63,322 nucleotides of DNA from a virus (IMGVR_UViG_3300022680_000066:1-63322); one strand, 5' to 3'; shown: positions 37,750 to 48,241, counted from the stretch's first letter. Notes: a model not told the origin generated them from the letters alone. Program-made: numbers and translations.

Positions 37750-38393
37750 ACCATTGCCCCCGCACTACCGATAGAGGGAAGATACCGGCTAGTAAAAGCC
37801 TTTCGAAGGGGAGGCAGGAAGTTTGTGATCTCCTGCATCGCAGACTGGCTCATAGGATGGTCAGGTCGAAGACTCACAGCAATCTTCAGCGCCTCATAAA
37901 GAACAACCTTGTGGTATTCCTCTTCCCACAAAGGCTCGTCAGTTCCGGCAGTCATTTCCGTAGGGCGCAACCAACGATCAGCGTAGATAACATATATCCC
38001 ATCTGGCTCAGGATCAACCTTCCAACTCTGGTCAGGATTCTTAATCAACCACTGAGGTGGGCCAGGAGAGAGCTCAGCCGACCGCTGCTCATACTCCCAA
38101 TCCTGATAGGTTTTCATGATCAACGGTTGACGGGCAGTCGTACCATCTTTAATATAATACAGGGATTGTTGGTCAAGATATTTAACAAGTGTTGATGTAT
38201 AATCAGCCGTGCCAGCCACAGTAGTAATGAAAGAATCTCGCACATGATGAAATCCCCATTGGTCAGACTCAAGTTGAATAGCCATATACGCAGTGTTGAT
38301 CCAGCCCTCAATCAGGTTAGATGAATACGTATATGGCTCTTCTTCGTCACCAATCCTGACGCGAATCTGCCTTTTAATCTCATCACGATCCAT
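37746..38393 (-). CDS. Head-tail adaptor-like protein (second, similar architecture)
   Basis: WINTAY...GPP...PEPD..Y...EEEYHKVVLYEAL. Confidence 0.65.
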   Translation of the reverse strand: MDRDEIKRQIRVRIGDEEEPYTYSSNLIEGWINTAYMAIQLESDQWGFHHVRDSFITTVAGTADYTSTLVKYLDQQSLYYIKDGTTARQPLIMKTYQDWEYEQRSAELSPGPPQWLIKNPDQSWKVDPEPDGIYVIYADRWLRPTEMTAGTDEPLWEEEYHKVVLYEALKIAVSLRPDHPMSQSAMQEITNFLPPLRKAFTSRYLPSIGSAGAMV

Positions 38394-38398
38394 GACAA

Positions 38399-38854
38399 TT
38401 ACATACTCTTGTTACGGATGCTCTCATACCACGCATCACCTTTAGGATTCTTATCCCGATACTGATGTGGGTAGCGCAGTATCTTATTCATCTGGTTGAT
38501 GTCAGAGGTCGAGCCATCAGAATTTTTCTTGTAACCAAAATTCCAGCTCTCCCGCTTAGCGCGAGCAATAATCTCCAACACGAAGCGAGGACATGTGCGC
38601 CATTGGCCGCGCATGAAGAAGTAAGGCTTCCCATTGACAGTAATTGTCACAAGCCGAGTTGTGTCATTTGGATTCTGCGTATCCATAAGCATGACCTCAA
38701 CCTTCTCGTGCATGAAAGCCAAGTCGCTCGCATACTTAGCAGTTGCCTCATTATCCTGCACGACAATCGGCTGAGTAACACCGTCGTCCTCATGAACAGT
38801 CTCGTCCAAACCCACTTTGGGCTTGTTGTCACTTTCTTTCTCAATTGTAGCCAT
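38399..38854 (-). CDS. Hypothetical protein of the head module
   Basis: LAFMHEKVEV...VNG..RG...LEIIARAK. Confidence 0.6.
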   Translation of the reverse strand: MATIEKESDNKPKVGLDETVHEDDGVTQPIVVQDNEATAKYASDLAFMHEKVEVMLMDTQNPNDTTRLVTITVNGKPYFFMRGQWRTCPRFVLEIIARAKRESWNFGYKKNSDGSTSDINQMNKILRYPHQYRDKNPKGDAWYESIRNKSM

Positions 38855-38897
38855 AGTATTTGGTAAGGGAAACCGGGCTTCCCTCCTCCGTAGTTAA

Positions 38898-39245
38898 TTA
38901 ACCCCAGGCTTCCCAGACGACATCATCATCATCTGTTTCAAGCCCGACAGTAGCAACGACCACATCAAAGCTCTTGCCATCAGAACCTACTGTGATACCC
39001 ACATCTGCATAAGTCGTGGTGCCTGCTGCAACCTGCAACAGCCCCTCAACATTGCTCGTACCTAGAGCAGAGTCAACAAACAGCGTTGCATCTACACGAT
39101 CAGTCAGGTTAATGACCCGAATCTTCTTCGGCGTGAACCCCAAGGTGATTGAAAAGTCTGCAGCCGTCCGAGTACCAGTACGAGTACCAGTTGAATACTG
39201 ACCCTCATTGGCTGCAAAGTTATGTTGTGCGCTGGCTAGTGCCAT
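38898..39245 (-). CDS. Putative capsid decoration protein
   Basis: LGFTPKKIRVIN...WEAWG; downstream of the capsid gene. Confidence 0.55.
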   Translation of the reverse strand: MALASAQHNFAANEGQYSTGTRTGTRTAADFSITLGFTPKKIRVINLTDRVDATLFVDSALGTSNVEGLLQVAAGTTTYADVGITVGSDGKSFDVVVATVGLETDDDDVVWEAWG

Positions 39246-39278
39246 AATAATTTACCTCATCAAGTCAAACAACCAGAA

Positions 39279-39860
39279 TCAAGAAACACTCTTGCGAGTG
39301 TATTCGATCCAGACAGCATAAATATAAACGGCATCTCCGTCATTGGTGCCGCCAAGAGACAGGACAACTGTCAGTCCGCCAGGAGCAGCCAGTACACCAT
39401 CAGCTCCACAAGTAAAGACCAGTTCACTTGCGGCCTCAGTAATAGCTGTTGCCGCAGTGTCTTGGATGTCTGCGTTTGCTACGTCACCTACAGCAACAGG
39501 ATAGACCTCACAATCTAAGGTCAGAACATCCAAAGCAGCTGCTTTACCCACGAGCGCATGAACAGTAATGTCTTCGTCTGAATCCAAATCCTGCGGAACA
39601 GCAACAGAGAAGCCAAGCGATTCACCGGCAGTCGCATTGACAGGAATCATGATAACCTGCTCTTTATTAGCAAGCTGGGCATAGCCCGCAACAGTTGTCG
39701 CCTGCTTTAAAAGAGCCGTACCGTCTTCCTGGGTGATTGAGCCAAGAGCAATAGGGATCGTGCCTTTCTGCGTCCCCTCCAAATACTGGCGGAGTGCTTC
39801 GGCTCCGCCAGCAGGGAGGTGAGATTGCAGGGCACTCATTGTTTCATTGAGTGATGCCAT
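39279..39860 (-). CDS. Putative capsid-associated protein
   Basis: GAGG RBS then ATG 39860, directly after the capsid stop. Confidence 0.6.
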   Translation of the reverse strand: MASLNETMSALQSHLPAGGAEALRQYLEGTQKGTIPIALGSITQEDGTALLKQATTVAGYAQLANKEQVIMIPVNATAGESLGFSVAVPQDLDSDEDITVHALVGKAAALDVLTLDCEVYPVAVGDVANADIQDTAATAITEAASELVFTCGADGVLAAPGGLTVVLSLGGTNDGDAVYIYAVWIEYTRKSVS

Positions 39861-39865
39861 GGTTT

Positions 39866-40945
39866 TTAGTCCTCTGTTCCAACAAACGCAACAGCCATCC
39901 ATGCGTCATTGAGAACTGCTTGCGCCTGCCACGTAATACCACCAACATAGCCGCGTTGACCGAGAGGATCCGATTTGGACTCCTGATCCGGCCGAAGATG
40001 AGTAGCCTTCAACGCACTCTTGCCGCGCAGCGCAACCTGACCAAACGCATCACCGCCAGCCTTGCCTCGACCAATGCAGATCAACGGATACACGTCGATG
40101 TTCGTTGCATCGTCAGCCTTCGGCGTGGTGGAAGGTACCCACGAAGCAATGACTGCGCCTGCCCCGACTTGATAAGTCAGGATAGGATTGATAATGATAC
40201 GAAAGCGACCAAGAGCGCCAATTTCGTAATCAGGATCGAGCAGCTGCACATTCGAGCCATAGTCAGCTACCTTAGTAAAGCCGACAACATTCTCGAAAGT
40301 CTTCTCCATATCTGTGTGACAGTAGACGGGCCAAGACGCTTGCACACTCTGCGTACCATAGTTAGTGCCCGACTTCAGCATCTTGTTAACGGTGATGCCG
40401 TGCGCACCCAGAATAGCTCGAGAAATGTCCTGAAACAGTGCCTTCGTAGGCGGGCCATTGACAGTCGCCACAGAAACACCTGTGCCACCAAAGAACTGAT
40501 TAGTACAGCCCTTCATCTCGCCATAGACCATCATTTCACGAGCAAGCACCAGTCGAGCCGCGCACTGATCTTCCATCTCAGGAGGAACAGTGTTGCCCTC
40601 TTCATGCACGTATTTGAACTTGTCGGTGTAAGAATACAAGCACCCAATCTGCTGCAACGTGGTGCTGAGGGTTGTCCAAGCAATTGAATCCGGTGTAGGG
40701 GTTACGCCATCACTGATTAGGTGCTCATTGATAAAGGTTGTGTCGCCGCCAGCAGCAATCCACTGGTTGTCCACACCACCATAGGGAAGGAAACGCTTCC
40801 ACTCGATCAGCTCGGATTGATTCTGAGGAATCTCATCCATAGCGCCGACTTTGGTCAGCATTTCTTGTGCTTGTGCTTTCGCAAGAATACGGCCTTTAAA
40901 TTTCTCGTGCTGGCCGACCTGAGTTGTATAAGTTTGTCCAGTCAT
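39866..40945 (-). CDS. Major capsid protein (N4-gp56-like)
   Basis: LISDGVTP, YCHTDME, EIGALGRFR, DVYP, SDPLGQRGYVG; follows portal and scaffold. Confidence 0.85.
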   Translation of the reverse strand: MTGQTYTTQVGQHEKFKGRILAKAQAQEMLTKVGAMDEIPQNQSELIEWKRFLPYGGVDNQWIAAGGDTTFINEHLISDGVTPTPDSIAWTTLSTTLQQIGCLYSYTDKFKYVHEEGNTVPPEMEDQCAARLVLAREMMVYGEMKGCTNQFFGGTGVSVATVNGPPTKALFQDISRAILGAHGITVNKMLKSGTNYGTQSVQASWPVYCHTDMEKTFENVVGFTKVADYGSNVQLLDPDYEIGALGRFRIIINPILTYQVGAGAVIASWVPSTTPKADDATNIDVYPLICIGRGKAGGDAFGQVALRGKSALKATHLRPDQESKSDPLGQRGYVGGITWQAQAVLNDAWMAVAFVGTED

Positions 40946-41775
40946 TAGCTCATCTCTTTTATAACTTCATCGAATCCCGCTTGCATTGCCTCATCAGGGG
41001 TCAGAGGTTTTGGTTTCGGGGGCAGGTTTTTTCGACTGGAGGGCACTTGCCCGTTCTGCAGTCGTTGCGTTTGCTTGCCAGCATTAGCCGCACGATCCTC
41101 ATTAGTCTTGGCTTCCCACTTCTCAAACTGACGCAGGGCTTGTACATAAGGGGCACCGAACGAAAGAAGAGCTTGCTGGGTTTGATAACCCTGCTTAGTA
41201 TACCAAGATATAAAGTCTTTGTGCCGCTCTCCTTGCGGCTCAAATCTCCCGTCTTTCACAGGCGGAACAATATCCGCAAGCGCTTCAGGAGAATAAGCGC
41301 TCAATACCAGCTGTTGGCCCATCCAGTCCTGCATCTCAGTTTTCATAGGACTAAGATGCGGGCTTAGAGTGGCTTCATCCAAGGCTGATGTTTTAAATGC
41401 GTCCTGCAATAGTGGCCCAAGAACTTCTGCAAGTTTTGGGTCATAGGCTTCAAGTCCTTTTTGAATCTTTTCTGCATCAAAACTAGACTGCGTAGGCAGC
41501 CCCTTTTGATACTCATCAAATCGCCGAGTCAAATCTCCCAAACCGCCCTGCACACGGTTTTCCATAGCAGTCAGGTTGTCAGGTAGTTCACGAGCACGGG
41601 AGAGAATCCCATAAGCTGTCTCTTCGTCGAAGTCACGAATGAACGGCGCAGGCTCAGGCGGGTCGCCAGGATCGCCAGGTGGTTCAGGGTTGTTGGGGTC
41701 AATCAGGTTAGGGTCGTCAAGATTGCCGGGATCGCCAGGTGCAATCCCTGGATTGCTGTCATCGGGTTGTGACAT
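40945..41775 (-). CDS. Putative scaffolding protein
   Basis: PGDP-rich N-terminus, C-terminal AMQAGF, directly upstream of the capsid gene. Confidence 0.65.
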   Translation of the reverse strand: MSQPDDSNPGIAPGDPGNLDDPNLIDPNNPEPPGDPGDPPEPAPFIRDFDEETAYGILSRARELPDNLTAMENRVQGGLGDLTRRFDEYQKGLPTQSSFDAEKIQKGLEAYDPKLAEVLGPLLQDAFKTSALDEATLSPHLSPMKTEMQDWMGQQLVLSAYSPEALADIVPPVKDGRFEPQGERHKDFISWYTKQGYQTQQALLSFGAPYVQALRQFEKWEAKTNEDRAANAGKQTQRLQNGQVPSSRKNLPPKPKPLTPDEAMQAGFDEVIKEMS

Positions 41776-42010
41776 TTTTCAGTTCCTCTTTGATATCTCT
41801 AATCAGCATTAAACAATGGAGGCGTTGGCCTCTAGCTAATTCAGTTTTCGTAGGGTCAAGTCCGGGCTTGGCTGTTTCCTCAGCTAAAATATTAGCATAA
41901 TTGTCCAAATATTGCAAAAGCTGTACGGGGTCAATACACTGGCCCTCACGCGGGCCAAGAAAGAAAGCCGCAGAGAGAGATGGCACGTTGGTTTTGGCTG
42001 CTACACTCAT
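41759..42010 (-). CDS. Small head-module protein
   Basis: TELARG motif; between portal and scaffold. Confidence 0.55.
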   Translation of the reverse strand: MSVAAKTNVPSLSAAFFLGPREGQCIDPVQLLQYLDNYANILAEETAKPGLDPTKTELARGQRLHCLMLIRDIKEELKNVTTR

Positions 42011-44151
42011 CAGGCTTGGCCTCCTTCCAGTACAGTTAGAGCCTGTTCAACCTCGGCAGGATCAACAACCTCACCCTCGATAGGCGGCACGGCAGCTGGT
42101 TGATCTTGGCCCTCGCCAGTCACTCGAACAGTCTGCAACAACCCAGCCGCCTCAGCCAAACTCTCCAGCCGCTTCATATGATCAGCCTGCGTAGTCGTGA
42201 AGTCATCTTGCATCGCCTTCAAAGCCGTTTGCAAATCTTCTGACTCCCGCTTCATCTGAGCAATTCGAACATCGGCAGCAGCCTCGATCTGAGCAACCTG
42301 GATCTTCGGATCAGGCGTCTTCTCCGCCTCCTCCAACCGCAGACGCTCTTCCTTGGTCATAGCCAGCTGTTCATAATTCATCTGGAAGCCTTCAAGATAG
42401 AGCTTCATCCACTTGGAAGGACTAAGGCCATAAATGGGTTGAACCGCCTTATCACCAAGTTGGAGAAGTGCCTGCTGCTGAAGCTCACGCACGATCAAAG
42501 ACGACGACCCGAGCGGCTCAATGACTGCATCGCCCTTAACTTCTTTAGGCCCGTATAATTGGCTCCACTCATAAAATGCCGAGATTTGTGGTCGACAAGT
42601 CCCATTATCCCAAGCCTTCACCACCTGGCGCAGAACAGTCGTAGCGTTGTTCATGAGCTGCTGGCTCACGCCTACAGCCTCAGTCACGGCCTTGCCCTGG
42701 AGAAGCAAGGACAATCCAGTCGTGTCCTCAGCCATCTTGAGCCAAAAGTTAATGGCAGGCATGATCTCATTCATGTAGTTCGGAAACTCCAAGAACGTCA
42801 GCGCTTTTGAAGCCTCGGCCACAGCATCAACACCAGGAAGAGGACTCTTGACACGCCAGCGTTTGTAAGGGAACAGCTCCCAATTACCATCACACGGCTC
42901 AATCAAGCCCTCCATCTCCAGAACCTGCGGCCCAACAGAGTATCCCATATTATCCATCAAGGCCCGCACAGACGCAGTCACACCTCGTTGAGGAGTCTCA
43001 GCCTGCTCGGCAATCCCGATCCCAGTCCAACACCCGTCACGAGGCAACCATTGAAGCAGCCAATAAGGAAACTTCTGATCCTCCAACCAATAAGCCTCAC
43101 TCTTAATAATACGCTTATTACACAAGACAGTGACTTGGAAACCGAACTCCTTGGTCTCTTCCTGACCCTTATACGTCAACGTGCCTGTCCGGACCCAGAG
43201 TTCAAACGGCCCCTTCTCGGCCTCCCTGTCGCTTTTGCCTACAATCTGCGGCCCCTCTTTCAAACACTCGTCAATCTGCCCAGAGTCATAAGCTGGATCT
43301 TCCTTATAATCTGTCAACTGACGCCGAGTAGTTTCGGGTACGTGCTCATAAAAATACCGCCCATTCTGAATATCCGTGCCGCAGCCAGGATCAGGATAGC
43401 AATTCTCAACCTTGACACACTCTGTGCCGGGAGTATATTGGAGTTGGGCAAGTAACCGCTGTTGGATCTCCTTTCCTCGATTAGGGTCTTTAAAAGCACC
43501 CGGCAAACGATCAAGGAACTGCTCTATCTCGCTATTCATCTTCCGCATCTGAGGGAATGGGCCCTTGATCACACCTGTGCCGACCTTGCCCGCCTCCATA
43601 ATCTGCTCGCGAGTATCAGCATCCCATTGAGCTTCTTTGAGCCAGTCCTCAATATACTTCAGAGCCTGGGCTGCCGGACCGGTTTCTGTATCTTCCTGCA
43701 CATTCATACGCTGGGCAAGCTCTGGAGCAACCGAGCCAAGCAACTCAAGCGCCTCCGGATAGTCACTCAACGCACTCAGCAGGGTTTGAGCATCAGAAAC
43801 AGGTGTCGAGCGCAAAGAGAATGGCAGCTTTCCAGACTGCAACAGAATATCCGCCACCATAGCCGTGCCTGCATTCACATAGGGGCGTGTAATATTCAGC
43901 ACCACAGTCGAGCCGCGCCCATGTTTGGGTTTGTCTACGTTGGTATATACAGGAGCGTCCAAGGTGTCAGGTTTTTCAAACGCAGATGCAGAAGAATCAA
44001 CCGGCTCTTTGCCCTCATACCGTGCTCGGGCGTTCGACCAGACTGCATCCAGTCCCTTTGTCTTGCGCTTTTTAACCGCATAGTCTCGTTCTTCACAAAG
44101 CTGCTGGGTTAGCGCCTCGCGTTCTTCATCAGATAAGTCTTTTATAGTCAT
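42010..44151 (-). CDS. Portal protein
   Basis: About 713 aa from ATG 44151; LNITRP, GTGVIKGP, CYPDP, AEDTTGL; downstream of TerL. Confidence 0.8.
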   Translation of the reverse strand: MTIKDLSDEEREALTQQLCEERDYAVKKRKTKGLDAVWSNARARYEGKEPVDSSASAFEKPDTLDAPVYTNVDKPKHGRGSTVVLNITRPYVNAGTAMVADILLQSGKLPFSLRSTPVSDAQTLLSALSDYPEALELLGSVAPELAQRMNVQEDTETGPAAQALKYIEDWLKEAQWDADTREQIMEAGKVGTGVIKGPFPQMRKMNSEIEQFLDRLPGAFKDPNRGKEIQQRLLAQLQYTPGTECVKVENCYPDPGCGTDIQNGRYFYEHVPETTRRQLTDYKEDPAYDSGQIDECLKEGPQIVGKSDREAEKGPFELWVRTGTLTYKGQEETKEFGFQVTVLCNKRIIKSEAYWLEDQKFPYWLLQWLPRDGCWTGIGIAEQAETPQRGVTASVRALMDNMGYSVGPQVLEMEGLIEPCDGNWELFPYKRWRVKSPLPGVDAVAEASKALTFLEFPNYMNEIMPAINFWLKMAEDTTGLSLLLQGKAVTEAVGVSQQLMNNATTVLRQVVKAWDNGTCRPQISAFYEWSQLYGPKEVKGDAVIEPLGSSSLIVRELQQQALLQLGDKAVQPIYGLSPSKWMKLYLEGFQMNYEQLAMTKEERLRLEEAEKTPDPKIQVAQIEAAADVRIAQMKRESEDLQTALKAMQDDFTTTQADHMKRLESLAEAAGLLQTVRVTGEGQDQPAAVPPIEGEVVDPAEVEQALTVLEGGQA

Positions 44152-44153
44152 TC

Positions 44154-44188
44154 GTATTGCCTTTTTGCCCCGTGCCAAACGTATTGTT
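44154..44188. promoter_or_regulatory. 35-bp palindromic motif, copy E
   Basis: GTATTGCCTT-TTTGCCCCGTGCCAA-ACGTATTGTT fills the gap between the TerL stop and the portal start. Confidence 0.7.
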
Positions 44189-45797
44189 AGTAGCCCATCA
44201 CACTGTCTTTGGGCTGCCACCCGGACGAGCCCCTTCTGCCAAAGAATTCTTCATCATTCGAAATCGCCCTGATGAGGGGTGCGCGAGTTTGAGCAAAGGA
44301 AAGAGTAAAACTATCCCACCGATCAGGGGAACGGGAAGCAGCTTTGTCCTGCTTAGACCGGCCTGTTGCAAATCGAGCCCGATAATCGTCTTTGGACTCA
44401 ATAAGGAGCAGGCCGCCCTTGTGCGTGGATTGGATTGCCGAGGCCTGGCTCTCGAAAATATGGTCATTCGGCAGGGAACATTCGGTTTCCTTCACATAAT
44501 CATAAGCCTGTTGATGTAGCCAGGCCCGCACATTGTAATTTTTGCCGTCCTTCAGCTTCGCGCCCGTGTGGAGAGCGACAAGAATAGAAGCGAACGGGCC
44601 ATAGGCAAGCTGATCGGCACATGAGCCGCCCGGCCCGTCGCGTTCAATAGCGATAACACGCAAAGGGCCAGTAGAAAGCAGGGCTGTGCACTTGCGCTCA
44701 ACCACAGCAGCCAGCTGAACACCATCCATGCCCTTGTAAGTCTCAGGCTCAACACTGATGCGCCCCTTTCGCGCCCATATCACGATCTCATCGTTGCCCT
44801 GGCCGGCTGCGTCGATACCTACAGACCAAGGCGTGTCAGGAGCCTGCTGAATATCTTGGGTCTTCCTCGCAATCGCGGCCTTCAGTGCATCCACATCCAT
44901 AAAAGTATTCGCGGCGGAGGCATGATAATTACGATTGACCTGGCTTGCAAGCGTGGTAGGCAACAATTCCCGGACCTGCTTCTTGTACCAGGGCTCCTCT
45001 TCAGGCGGCAGGTCAGGATTCAGGCGTTTGCGTGGATCATCTTTCCAATCAAAGATGAAAATCTGGTCATTTGGCAGAAAATGCCGCAGCCTATAGAAGA
45101 GATTGCCTGGCCCATTCACGGTCGAGACATATATACGGCAATCAGTGTTGGCACTCAGGGCGCTCTCTGCCATGTCAGGGTGCTCAAGATGAGCGAACTC
45201 GTCCACAAAGTAAATGCCTGCGCGGCCACCTCGCCCAATCTCATCACCAATCTCGCCCTTTATAACAGACTTGTTGGAATGATTGGGAACTGACATCAGC
45301 TTACGACCCTGTTTAATATTTGAGGGCAAGAACTCAACAGGTAAATGGTCGATGAACATCCTGATCTTCCAGAAGATAGAGTCAGGATCGGCTTCACCAT
45401 TGTCTACGAGTTCCTTTTTACGCGAGCCAAAGCCAACAACAGCATGAGGCACAAACAGCCATATACAGACCGCGCAGGCGACACAGAGCCAAGTGAATCC
45501 GACCTCGCGACTTTTCTCCGCAAGCCCACGTCGGCCACTCAGGAACAACCCTTGAACCCACTCAACGTACTCCTCTTGCTTGGGGAACAAGATAAATGGA
45601 GAGTATTTCTCTCCCTGCTTCCGGGGATCATAAGTCATTCCCCAGTCATTAATAAAATCGACCCAGTTCTCAGCATAATATGCCTTCAGCTGGGCCAAGG
45701 CTTGAGGATTCTCACGCAAACGACTCAGAGCTTCCGTCCGCAATTCATAGATCTTGGTGTAGTCCGGGGCTCGCCAATCAAGCTCGATGCCTTTCAT
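44187..45797 (-). CDS. terL: Terminase large subunit
   Basis: LFPKQ, EKSREVGFTW (Walker A), YFVDE (Walker B), VSTVNG, GIDAA and SPDRWD nuclease motifs. Confidence 0.92.
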   Translation of the reverse strand: MKGIELDWRAPDYTKIYELRTEALSRLRENPQALAQLKAYYAENWVDFINDWGMTYDPRKQGEKYSPFILFPKQEEYVEWVQGLFLSGRRGLAEKSREVGFTWLCVACAVCIWLFVPHAVVGFGSRKKELVDNGEADPDSIFWKIRMFIDHLPVEFLPSNIKQGRKLMSVPNHSNKSVIKGEIGDEIGRGGRAGIYFVDEFAHLEHPDMAESALSANTDCRIYVSTVNGPGNLFYRLRHFLPNDQIFIFDWKDDPRKRLNPDLPPEEEPWYKKQVRELLPTTLASQVNRNYHASAANTFMDVDALKAAIARKTQDIQQAPDTPWSVGIDAAGQGNDEIVIWARKGRISVEPETYKGMDGVQLAAVVERKCTALLSTGPLRVIAIERDGPGGSCADQLAYGPFASILVALHTGAKLKDGKNYNVRAWLHQQAYDYVKETECSLPNDHIFESQASAIQSTHKGGLLLIESKDDYRARFATGRSKQDKAASRSPDRWDSFTLSFAQTRAPLIRAISNDEEFFGRRGSSGWQPKDSVMGY

Positions 45798-46423
45798 GAC
45801 GATGGCTCCGTGGATTGGGTTTCTTTCTCGGCTGCGTCAATGATCCTGAACATAGCCGGACGAGCGTTGGTAGTTGTTTTGCGATCAAGCACCGGTGTCG
45901 TGCTGGCCTTGTTCCGAATAGGAGTCTTGATTACTGAGAGATACACATCAAGCGGATCAGCCCCTTCGTAATCGTCACCTGCCGAAGCCGCGCCCACAAC
46001 ATCATGGGTGAGGGTGATTTCTTTGCGGTCGTTGAAGAACAACACAGCCGGATCGCCATCAGGTTCTTCAGGATCGAAGTCGGGCAAGTTCTTGAGCATG
46101 AACGCAGGGCCAGTCGCATTGCCAGCTCCAATCATCAACTCATATTCGTGAGCAATGGCGGTGATGGATCGAGAAAGACAATAACGGAGTTCAGGGATAC
46201 GCTGACCAAGCCGAAGAAGGGTAGTCGGGCCAGGCAGTCCTGTAGCAAGAGCAAGTCCAGTTATAGTTGGGCGCTCCTCCCGATTGATACAATCTTTGAA
46301 ATAAGTGTTGGCCCGCTCTTCGAACTCTGCAACCGATTTAAGCGGCACAACCGTAGCAGGGCTCTTCTTCCACTCAGGTGTTTCCGCCAGAAGCTTTTCA
46401 CCAGACTTGAGAACTAAGGTCAT
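45794..46423 (-). CDS. terS: Terminase small subunit
   Basis: YF...PTITGLALATG...FMLKN pattern; directly upstream of TerL. Confidence 0.75.
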   Translation of the reverse strand: MTLVLKSGEKLLAETPEWKKSPATVVPLKSVAEFEERANTYFKDCINREERPTITGLALATGLPGPTTLLRLGQRIPELRYCLSRSITAIAHEYELMIGAGNATGPAFMLKNLPDFDPEEPDGDPAVLFFNDRKEITLTHDVVGAASAGDDYEGADPLDVYLSVIKTPIRNKASTTPVLDRKTTTNARPAMFRIIDAAEKETQSTEPSS

Positions 46424-46947
46424 GAGCGCATCTGCAAAACGCAGCCATCGTAGATATCATCGAGAGAGCGGACGATCTTGGCTCGATCCACACCATGACA
46501 AAGATTCTTGCACACAGTCACCTTTATCACACCTGTAAAGCCCAAAACATTCAAAAGTGCTTCATACAAAGCAAGCTGCTGCGTGGTGTCGACCCAGGTC
46601 AGTTTGGCTTCAAAGAGGATGGCGCGATTGTCTGGGAAGAACAACACAAAGTCTGGCTGGGCTAAGCGACCATCATATTCGATCCACTCACCAACCCAAC
46701 AAGCACATACATCATGAAGCGCGGCCCAAAGAAGAATCTTCTTTCCCACACGCTTTTCGTATTGAATGCCCTTGCGCTGGCTGAAGGTAAGCTCGTCTGC
46801 AGCAAACGGGCGCACTGGGCCAAGGTGCTTGACACACGAGAAGGTCATCGTCGGCACGGCAGTCATGTGTGAATCCAGAATCCGAGTAAGCGCAGGAACA
46901 GGAGTCGTGTCAGTGTAGATTTCTTGACTATGTGGCTGCGTGGTCAT
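46420..46947 (-). CDS. PD-(D/E)XK nuclease-like protein
   Basis: GIQYE...QPDFV...FEAKL...QLALY. Confidence 0.6.
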   Translation of the reverse strand: MTTQPHSQEIYTDTTPVPALTRILDSHMTAVPTMTFSCVKHLGPVRPFAADELTFSQRKGIQYEKRVGKKILLWAALHDVCACWVGEWIEYDGRLAQPDFVLFFPDNRAILFEAKLTWVDTTQQLALYEALLNVLGFTGVIKVTVCKNLCHGVDRAKIVRSLDDIYDGCVLQMRS

Positions 46948-46953
46948 GAGAGA

Positions 46954-47241
46954 CTACTCGCAGGCCGTGCCACAATAACTGATTGCAAGCCCACTGTCTC
47001 CTTCAAACTTGTCCTGGAAAGACAACGGTGCAGATGAGTTGCTGTACCAAAGAGATGGCGAAGTATAAGGCCATCTATCGCGCTCGATGACAACAGGTGT
47101 CGACGGCACAAAGACCTCTTTCTTCCCAAACAGCGTATCAAGCTGCTGGTGTAATTCCTGGGCCTCTTCAAGTGATAAAGGAACTTCTTTGCCTGCTTTT
47201 GTCTCCAAGATAATTTTAGACAGTTTCAATTTATCGCTCAT
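46954..47241 (-). CDS. Hypothetical protein
   Basis: ATG 47241 (MSDKLKLSKII...). Confidence 0.55.
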   Translation of the reverse strand: MSDKLKLSKIILETKAGKEVPLSLEEAQELHQQLDTLFGKKEVFVPSTPVVIERDRWPYTSPSLWYSNSSAPLSFQDKFEGDSGLAISYCGTACE

Positions 47242-47845
47242 TGTAGGTCTCGGGTTGGTTTGGGCTGTGGTTGTTTGGTAGACTACTCGCTTCGCTCGCA
47301 GGCCCGCACGATCGACAGCCTGAGTGGTTTTGGTAGAGGTCTCGCTTTGCTCGGGCTGCTCGGGTATGGATCTCTGCCACAACAGGCGACCCAGCCATGA
47401 CCGGGTGGGTAAGCCCGTCACGGAGCTGTTGCTGAAGCCTGTGCAAAGCCGGGGCGCGACTCAGGTCATTGGTTGTCGGGGCTGGCGGTGTGGGCATAGT
47501 TGGCGGCTCAAGGTTGTCGGGGGGCTGGTTGGGAATATGGCACATTCGGGCGCGGTTGTCAACCCATATATAAGGAATGGCGGCAAGCGTACATACAATA
47601 TGCTGGACAACCAAGCGACTATGGGTTGGGAGGCAAACGTATTGCTCCGTTTCATTTGGGTAGAGTAGATTCGTCAAGGCCGATAGAAGAGGACCAACTC
47701 GAAAAAAGAACACCTGGGGGCCGAATAGAATACCCACAAACACAGCATGGATATACATGGTGGCTCGGTCGCGTGGTGGTGGCTCGGTCACTCTATATAG
47801 TGCAGGATTATTTGTGATGATGTGTATTTATTTTGTATTTTGTTG

Positions 47846-47874
47846 TTGACATCCGCCCTGTCATGCACTAATCT
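47846..47874 (+). promoter_or_regulatory. sigma70-type early promoter with AT-rich UP region
   Basis: TTGACA-17 bp-TAATCT preceded by a T-rich tract, at the start of the + arm. Confidence 0.6.
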
Positions 47875-47968
47875 GTTTGTGTCGGCGGGGCATAACGCCT
47901 TGTTGACCGGCCATATCACCGGCCTATGTTCATTCAACCCGGCCAAAGAAAGGCCAAAGGATAAGATT

Positions 47969-48169
47969 ATGCACACAAAACAAAAGCTAGCCGCACAATA
48001 TGCGGGACAAATCGACGAACCTGTCACCATACGGAAAGATGGTGAAGAGTTGGGCGGATTCATACGTGGCGTAGCCAGTGACCAAGACGGCTTGCAGATA
48101 TTGGTAGGGTGCTCCCCGTGCAGTCCGACCGTTGCCGTGAGTGTATTGGATATTGTGGATATTGGATGA
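47969..48169 (+). CDS. Hypothetical early protein
   Basis: AAGGA RBS then ATG 47969. Confidence 0.55.
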   Translation: MHTKQKLAAQYAGQIDEPVTIRKDGEELGGFIRGVASDQDGLQILVGCSPCSPTVAVSVLDIVDIG

Positions 48170-48179
48170 TAGGCAAAGG

Positions 48180-48214
48180 GTATGTATGTTTGGCACGGTT
48201 CCAAACATACATAC
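48180..48214. promoter_or_regulatory. 35-bp palindromic motif, copy F (arms perfectly complementary)
   Basis: GTATGTATGT-TTGGCACGGTTCCAA-ACATACATAC. Confidence 0.75.
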
Positions 48215-48241
48215 CCCAGGCCAGATAAAAGGTAAATAACC

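Noticed and set aside
39860-39902. Programmed frameshift fusing the major capsid protein to the downstream ORF
   Set aside because: The overlap frame is open, but there is no slippery heptamer and the downstream gene has its own RBS and ATG.
47231-47791. 186-aa minus-strand ORF, and the many antisense ORFs over long genes
   Set aside because: No clear RBS, no motifs, and composition typical of shadow frames.
48180-48214. TGGCACG in the palindrome copies read as sigma54 promoters
   Set aside because: In the copies checked there is no TTGC -12 element at the required spacing, and the dyad symmetry fits a dimeric binder or hairpin better.
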